Source: Eledone cirrhosa (Eukaryota). From it: 64,000 nt of DNA. Shown here one piece after another: positions 56,125 through 64,000 of the stretch (positions within the stretch are counted from its first letter, which is position 1; each line of letters starts with the position of its first letter). The stretch lies in the NCBI GenBank assembly GCA_964016885.1, contig OZ024743.1:269700001-269764000 (forward strand). The letters run 5' to 3'. The position numbers were made by a program, and so were the translations under genes. The notes beneath the pieces are model-generated. The model searched no databases, was not told the DNA's origin, and was given only the letters and a program-made list of their open reading frames with translations.

Positions 56125-56810
56125 CTACGAGACCTGGATCACATATCGGCACCATCTTAAACAGTTGGAACATTTCCATCAAATATGTCTCAGTTTGATC
56201 CTTGGCATTCATTGGAAGGACCACATCAGTGATGGTGATGTCTTGGAAGGTCTCTGTGTGAACGTATAGAAGCTCATGTGCTGAAACAAAACTATCATGG
56301 AGTGGTCATCTTGCCAGGATAAAGGTTTCTAGCCCACCATGAACAACTCTTTTATGGAGAGTTAGTTAAAGAAAAATGATCTCGCATAACAAACGAGAAA
56401 CTAGAAATGTGTTAGGAAATTTATTGCTTTTGCATTTCCAGACAGGAAAGGTGATCCTATGGATAATTTCTGTGCTTTAACAAAGCTGGCCTCTAAATTC
56501 ATATTCGCATTCACATAGTAAGGCCAGTGATTGACGACCAAGGTGCTCTTAGAGATACTGGTCATCATACCTGCCAAACATGAGGAAAAGTGTGCAAATC
56601 AACAGGACAGCTCAAACAACATACACAAGTACATGACGGCCAACCAAAGCCTGCTATTGCCAATGTAAGTTTTTATCATACTTGCCGACTCTGTGCAAGA
56701 CACTTTAAATCCTTAACCGGGCTAAAAGCCACATTCGATCACAGCACCGACATAATTTTTAAAGATGTCGTGCGAGAGCCATTCCCGATATCTAGCGGCC
56801 AGCCATTATG
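56125..56810 (+). mobile_element. Decayed 3' fragment of the RTE family
   Basis: Homologous to 21993-22790 (ETW..YRHHLKQLE.FHQ; CRLCARHFKSL). Confidence 0.75.
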
Positions 56811-56822
56811 TATGCATATATC

Positions 56823-57012
56823 GGGCGGTGGATTGGCAGTATCGGTAGAGGGTCGGACGCCATGCTTTCCAGCATAGTTACGTCCCTTTACGATCTGAGT
56901 TCAAATCCCGCCGAGGTTGACTTTGCCTTTCATCCTTACGGGGTCGATAAAATAAAGTACCAGTAATGTACTGGGTAATTGCTGGCCTTGTGCCAAAAGT
57001 AGAAACAATTAT
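56823..57012 (+). mobile_element. Full-length young tRNA-derived SINE
   Basis: ggcggtggattggcagtatcgg (A box), gagttcaaatcc (B box), conserved core, AT-rich tail. Confidence 0.9.
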
Positions 57013-57192
57013 GTATGCATATATCTGTAGATTATATATTACTTGGCGCCTATATTAATTTAGTTAACCATATCTTACATGCTTTGGGAGACAGATTAAG
57101 AAAAACTATGGAAGACAAATAAAAACTATGGCAGGCAAATAAATTCAAGAGAACACATCTCCCGCAAAACAATAAATAAATGAATAAATAAA

Positions 57193-57256
<64 letters not shown>

Positions 57257-57797
57257 TTTATTTATTTATTTATTTACAGAGAGAAGGAGTGAGAGAGAAA
57301 GAGAGGTATGGGGAAGAGAGAGGAAGAGAGAGAGAGAGATAGACAGATACATAGATAGAGAGAAATAAATACATAGAAAATATATGCGTAAACAAATGCA
57401 TAGAAATTACATATATTGTATAAGGATATATTTGATAAATTGATAAATAAATATATAATAAATGAATATAAGCCCACATCATAATACAAATAGGGCCAGA
57501 AATATATAAACATGAGTTTTAGTTTATTTTTTTAAATGTATTGATACATGTCAAATTGATGCATGACAGATCGTCATATTACTTATGCCATATACGATAT
57601 CATCTAATTTTACATTCCTTCAATGAAAGCTAAGTAAATATATACCTTTTAAAACAACAACTCTTTTCACTTGACTAACTTCCAGTAAGATGAGATGTAG
57701 GTAGTGTATATTTCACGCACCCAACACCTGGGACACCTCGAGAAAGGTATTTTTTCTCCAACATTCTGAAGCTTCATACCTAAGTAATACAACTTAC

Positions 57798-57898
57798 ATC
57801 GTCAAGTGTACTTAAAAAAATCAATCTTCGTCATCGTCTATGTAGAATCTGATAATATCAAAGCTTACATCATCAGGTTTAGCTGGTCTCCTATGAAG
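57798..57898 (-). CDS. Candidate host exon with stop codon (LHRRPAKPDDVSFDIIRFYIDDDED*)
   Basis: tttgcAG acceptor, gtaagt donor, non-repetitive; phase-compatible with the exon at 63643-63730. Confidence 0.3.
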
Positions 57899-60567
57899 CT
57901 GCAAATATATGGAAAGTTTCTTGGGTGCTTTAATGATAGACACCCTAATTCTGTCACATAAAATATCACATTGGATCAGACACTATTCCGTTGGCAGTAT
58001 TAACCCTGAGTTACTGCTCGTACTCATTCTTTTTAGCTAAGTGGATTAGGGCAACCTGAAATCATGTATCCACGTTCAACAACAACGGCACCGCCCTCTC
58101 CAGGAAGAAAAGAACATAATACACCACCTAATCAAAGAGTTGAACACATGAGCTTATGATAATGATTCATATATCCTAACAACTAGATCACTCATTCTCT
58201 GTCTATACAGAGGAAGATACTTCAGTTTATAGCTGTTATGTTGTAATAATTTTGTATTTATTAAGCTCCAAGTGAGCGGTCGTCGAGTATATTTAATATT
58301 GTGTTAAATATGATCTAGAATCACTCCCCACCTCCAATCCAAACCATTGTATTGTTATTTACCGGAGCCACTGTTTAGACTCGGCATATACCGATTGCTG
58401 TTAGAAAGTACATCTTACGTTTGCTAATTCTTATTTTTTTTTTTTTGGAGAAAAAATATATGATACGGAAATTTTTTGCAAAAAAAGCACCACCTGTCAC
58501 TCTTTTCAAGTGGAAAAAGAGGAAATTACTTGTAACATAGTGAAGACTTTGATACAATTATGCACTATGAAAGAAACCGATCACCACATCAGATCAAGGA
58601 ATCTGTTTCCATTGTTCTTCCCATTGCTGATACTATCAGCCGGACAAAGATTCTGGTAGGATGTTGCGGGATATGAACTCAGAACTGGTTTAAATTGTTG
58701 TCCAACACAACGATTCCACCAATCTACCACCACTAGATTATAGAAGGATGAAAGGAGAATTTGACATCGATTGGATTTGAAATTAGAGAGCTGGAACAAA
58801 TGCCGTGGCATTCAATCCAACACTCTAACACTTCTGCCAATTCACCGCATTTAAACTCTCTATATTTACCATGTTTAAATGAAAATCTATTGCTGTATAT
58901 CTCAATAATAACATTATATTTCAATGAAATATACATAAATAGTACTGAAGCTAATTCACCCCACCTCCAGCCATTTCCTTGTAAGAACCTGAAAAACCTC
59001 TTGTGAAACAACCTCTACGAAGCCAAATAAACTTGCATAGGTGTGAGCTGTAAATTTAATTTCATATTTCATTTTCATGAAAATCTTATTCTATATAATT
59101 TCTGTATATATAAATGGAAAGTCTGGATTTCGTAGATATAATATAAATGTCCAGTCTTTGAAAAATCGATAAAAAAAAAAGAAGCAAAACATGTCTGATA
59201 CTTTAAATGATCGTAACTCCGATGAATCAAACTATTTTTAAAAGATGGATACGAGACATTTTGTGTGTGTGTGGGAGGGGGAAGATGGGGGGGGGGGGGA
59301 GTTTAATCTAGGGCAATCGATTAGCGTATGTTCTTAATACTGAGAATAAGTTTAATTTTTTTTTGCGGAGCACATAAAATCGATTCAAAATTATGTTTTT
59401 TTAAAGAACACTACTACACAATCCAATACTTTCATTGTTGGCTATAATATTAAGTCACGATCAAAGATTCTGCGTGTATGTGATTGATATTTCAACGATG
59501 AACACCCAAGTCGTTAATTAGCACGGATGTGGTTGATATTTCCAGACATGCGTAGCCTTAATGCAATTTTCAAGCCGAATCAGGGTGACAAAATATATGA
59601 CAAAGCTGTATTTTTGAATTGCAGTTGCAACACAACCGACGGGCTTCCATACAATCTCTGCCTAACTAATTTCACCTAGAAAACTTAGTTTACGCTGAAA
59701 TACACCTTCTCAAGACGCCTTGCAGGAGAATTCGAATGAGGTATTTGATAAATACGAAGCAAACTTATTAATTACTCAGCTATTCTTGTGTTTATATAAT
59801 ATTAAGTGGTACAAACAGGAGGAAACGAGTAAATTCATATCTGCTATTATTTAATCAAATATTATCATTCTTTTAATCGTGCCCCCCCCCCACCTCTGCA
59901 TTCCGTTGTGCGCATGTGCATGCGTCCATACGTGTGTGTGTGACTGTGTGACTATAACCCTCTATTCGAGCACATCATTTCAGGTAAACTTATTGATATA
60001 GATATTATTCTGTATCCCTAAGTCAATACTGATCAAAGACCATCTATCCATGACTACTACTTCACAGACCTGTCAACTCTCCTCGTCCGACAGGGAGATC
60101 TCCCACCCACTTTGGGGTGGGCGAGAGATGTTTACTCTTGTGAAAATGGGTATAGCTTTCATTGTGTAAAATCTCCTCATTTTGCCTCATTGCTCTCTGT
60201 TTGGAGTCACTTGTTTTCATAGTACTCCCCATTTGGGTCTGACTTCACTATAATGAGTGTTACAAATGCAGGACCGCATTCTCAAAGGTGTCAATATATT
60301 TTTAATATGTGAGAGTATAAATTGAAGAAGATTTTACTGCCATTAATGGCAAGTCATACGGACCTGTAGTAGGTCCTTAGTTAACTTCCAATTTATTGTA
60401 AAGGTTACCTCCATCATAATGGTGGACTTATTAAAATTGACCGCAGGATTTGAAGAAATCTGCCGCCTGTTATTAAATATATTCCAGTCATGAACATATT
60501 TCCTCTCTTTTTTGTCTCTCCCATTCATTCACTCATTTTCCTCTCACCCTTTTCTTTCATCATCTCT

Positions 60568-60603
<36 letters not shown>

Positions 60604-60959
60604 AATTATCTAGCCCATCTCTCTTTCTTCTTACTTTTCTATCTTTCTTTCACCCTCTCTTCTTTCATCCATCTTTATCTTACCTTCTCTCTCCCCTTCT
60701 TTCCTCCCACCCCAACCTACCTTCCCACATACCACCTCTCACCCCTCTCTTAACACCATCTTTAATCGTCTAAGACTACCGGAAAAATGTTAAGAAACAT
60801 GACAAAATAACAGCCAAACAAACAAAGAATAAATAGGCTGAAAGAATTATCAGATTTTACTGCTAGAATTATGGCACTGCTAAATCCAAAGATGGTCGAG
60901 TGAATAAACTTACTCGAGCTCACAATAGCACGTCTCCTCGATTCAATCACCAATAATAA

Positions 60960-62640
60960 TAATAATTGTTTCTACTTTCGGCACAAGGCCAGTAATTTGT
61001 AGGGAAGAGGAAAGTCGATTAAATCGGAAGGATTTGAACTTGTAAAGGGCCGTAACTCTATGCCACGAAGCATGGTGTCCGACGCTCTACCGATACTACC
61101 AATCCACCGCACTTGTTATATATAATAATAATTGATTCTACTTTTGGCACAAGACCAGCAATTATCCCAGTGTATTACTGGTGCTTTAGTTATAATAATA
61201 ATAATTGTTTCTACTTTTGGCACAAGGCCAGCAATTATCCCAGTGCATTACTGGTACTTTATTTTATCGACCCCGTAAGGAGGAAAGGCAGAGTGAACCT
61301 CGGCAGGATTTGAACTCAGACCGTAAATGCCCGTAACTCTATGATTCAAAGCATGGTGTCCGACTTTCTACCGATACTGCCAATCCAGGCACAAGGCCAG
61401 AGATTTTTGAGAGAGGCTTCACCTAATACTATTGACTCCGGAAGGATGAGAGGAAAAGTTGAAACAGGCGGGAGATTTACACGAAACATGAAGAGCTCTA
61501 AGTAAGCAAAAAGCATTTTGTTCGACGGTTTAAGGCTTCTGACAATCCAACACTTTTCCGTAATAATTGTTTCTATTTTAGGCACAAGGCCAGCAATTAT
61601 CCAGTACATTACTGGTACTTTATTTTATCGACCCCGTAAGGATGAAAGTCAAAGTTAACCTCGGCGGGATTTGAACTCAGATCATAAAGGGACGTAACTC
61701 TATGCTTCAACATGGTGCCCGACTCTCTACCGATACTGCCAATAATGGTTTCTTCATAGATACAAGGCCACGCGTTTTTATTAGCAGGATAGTGGTAGTA
61801 ACGGAATACTGGAATAAATAGACATACACATATATCTGGGATTTACTCAAACGACATACTGTAAAAATGGTTTTTACTTTTGGCACAAGACCAGCAATTA
61901 TCCCAGTGTATTACTGGTACTTTATTTTATTGACCCCGGAAGGATGACAGACAAAGTTTACCTCGGTGAGATTTGAAATCAGATTAGAAATGGGCGTAAC
62001 TCTATGCTGCAGAGCATGGCGTCCGACCCCCTACCGATACTGCCAATCCACCGCCCTGTGACATACTGTAATACTAGTTTCTGATTTCGGCAAAGACCAA
62101 CAATCGATTAAAACGATCTCAGTACGTTACTGACTGTTTATTTCATCAACCACGTAAGGGATGACAGGCAAAGCTAACCTCGACGGGATTTGAACTACCG
62201 ATACTGCCAACCCACCGTCATGCTGTAATAATTGTTTCTATTACCCAGTACATTACTGGTACTTTATTTTATCGACCCCGTAAGGACGAAAGGCAAAGTT
62301 AACCTCGGTGGAATTTGAACTCAGGCCGTAAAGCTATTCTAGTATTCCATCACTACCACCACCCTGCCAATAAAAATACGTGGTCTTGTATCTATGAAGA
62401 AAAATAGGGAGCTGGATTGTCATACTGTAATAATGGTTTCTTATATAGGCACAAGACCATCAATTTTGGTGGGGGGTAAAGTCAATTAAACCGACCCCAG
62501 TGCGTGACTGGTACTTTATTTTATCGACCCCGTAAGGATGAAAGGCAAAGTTAACTTCGGCTTGATTTGAATTCAGATCATAAAGGGCCGTAACTCTATG
62601 CTGCAAAGCATGTTGTCCGACGCTCTACCGATACTGCCGA
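60960..62640 (-). mobile_element. Cluster of ~8 head-to-tail SINE copies and fragments
   Basis: Repeated ctaccgatactgccaatcc heads and gtactttattttatcgaccccg cores, all on the minus strand. Confidence 0.85.
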
Positions 62641-63151
62641 GACGCAGATACGACGACTGCTTTATCGAACCCTGCATCATTAGACAAAGAAATACTCTGT
62701 GAACCCCTACGTATACAATAGCATAAATAAATTAACCCTGGTGCCCTCAACACGCTGGGACCACAATAACATGTGCAACGTATACATAACTTAACAAGTG
62801 ACTAATTCCAATTGGTTTTGCACTCAAAATATACAGGTGTATAGTAAAACATCGCGAGGGGTTATTGTGTGACACTAAAGTGTGTGTTAAATAATTGAAT
62901 AATTCCATTACAAGAACCTTTATACAAAACAAAAATTTCAAGTAATTTACATTTTAACAGAGTTTGGCAAACCCAGACACATGGATTTCATAGAGAATAC
63001 GGAAATTGCGTTCAGGAATTAAAAAAACAGACAAATACACAAATGGAATGTGATAGAAAACTATATCGTTCTTTAATACGATATTTTTCTTCGTAAAAAT
63101 TCCATTTCAGGATTGCCATGACTTTCTATAAGATGTCATGAAGAGAGAGTA

Positions 63152-63200
<49 letters not shown>

Positions 63201-63235
63201 CACATATATACACACATACACCCACACATACATAC

Positions 63236-63298
<63 letters not shown>

Positions 63299-63522
63299 GG
63301 TGTATGTGTGTATATATGTGTATATATATATATATATATACACACATACACCCACCCATACTATACAGAAAAACGCACGCTCGCACTCATATACATATAT
63401 GTGTATAATATACATATATCTTTTCTTATTTCTTTATTATTATTATTATTTATAGTTTCGGAAATAAATTACTTGGGACGTATATATATATACACACACA
63501 CACACATATATACACACTCTCA

Positions 63523-63566
<44 letters not shown>

Positions 63567-63642
63567 CATGTACGCATACCTACCTACATACATGCATCAA
63601 ATATCATTTGGAGACATTCATTTCACGGACGGAAAGACTCAC

Positions 63643-63730
63643 GTATTCCTTTGGGTTCACATGTGGGACACGTATGGAATCTGTTTTCCAGATGCAGCAG
63701 GGTTTGATTGGTTCACTCATTGAAACATTT
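63643..63730 (-). CDS. Candidate host exon (NVSMSEPIKPCCIWKTDSIRVPHVNPKEY)
   Basis: tttcAG acceptor, GTGAGT donor, single open frame, unique sequence. Confidence 0.35.
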
Positions 63731-64000
63731 CTGAAATTTATACTACGTGTTGATTGTGTCAAAGCAGGGGTGGTGCTACCATTAGGTCAATTAGGAAGGC
63801 ATCTAAAACTGCAGTTTCATACACATTTATATGATTTATTATAATTAAATTTATAACAATTTCCTGAGATTTTCAGTGTGAAAATATTCAAAGAGTTTCG
63901 AGGGCCGTATGGCGGAGATATATAGTATCGTAGTTTCGAAACCTGACAATAGCGATGTGAAATGGCTTATTTCAGCAACATTTCGACATATTAATATATA

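Noticed and set aside
56823-56920. tRNA gene
   Set aside because: A/B boxes are present but there is no cloverleaf; it is a multi-copy SINE head.
60960-62640. CRISPR-like repeat-spacer pattern
   Set aside because: Repeats are SINE fragments with irregular spacing in eukaryotic DNA; no cas genes.

Overview
Eukaryotic, very AT-rich, microsatellite-saturated DNA. The SINE, RTE and Penelope families resemble those of octopus/cephalopod genomes (inference). Almost all ORF-track entries are translations of simple repeats. The real coding remnants are transposon-derived: a decayed near-full-length Neptune-type Penelope-like element (PLE; upstream ORF + RT + GIY-YIG, ~16770-21180, minus), a second PLE 3' end, a near-full-length RTE LINE (APE-RT-C2H2), R4/Dong-like REL-LINE fragments, hATm transposon ends and two Helitrons. 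There are many tRNA-derived SINEs, four young bipartite non-autonomous RTE derivatives, and possibly two small host exons near the right end. The main unexplained signal is a dense population of type I hammerhead ribozyme (HHR) motifs: about 20 recognisable cores in at least 7 unrelated sequence families. They are carried by short non-coding elements inserted in (TA)n arrays. Several show compensatory stem changes between copies, monomer-plus-partial-repeat (retrozyme-like) layouts or 5' fold-back palindromes, and many share a TGAGTRC-like motif near the 3' end. The neighbouring PLE carries a candidate programmed -1 frameshift (U UUU UUA) linking its upstream ORF to the RT frame.
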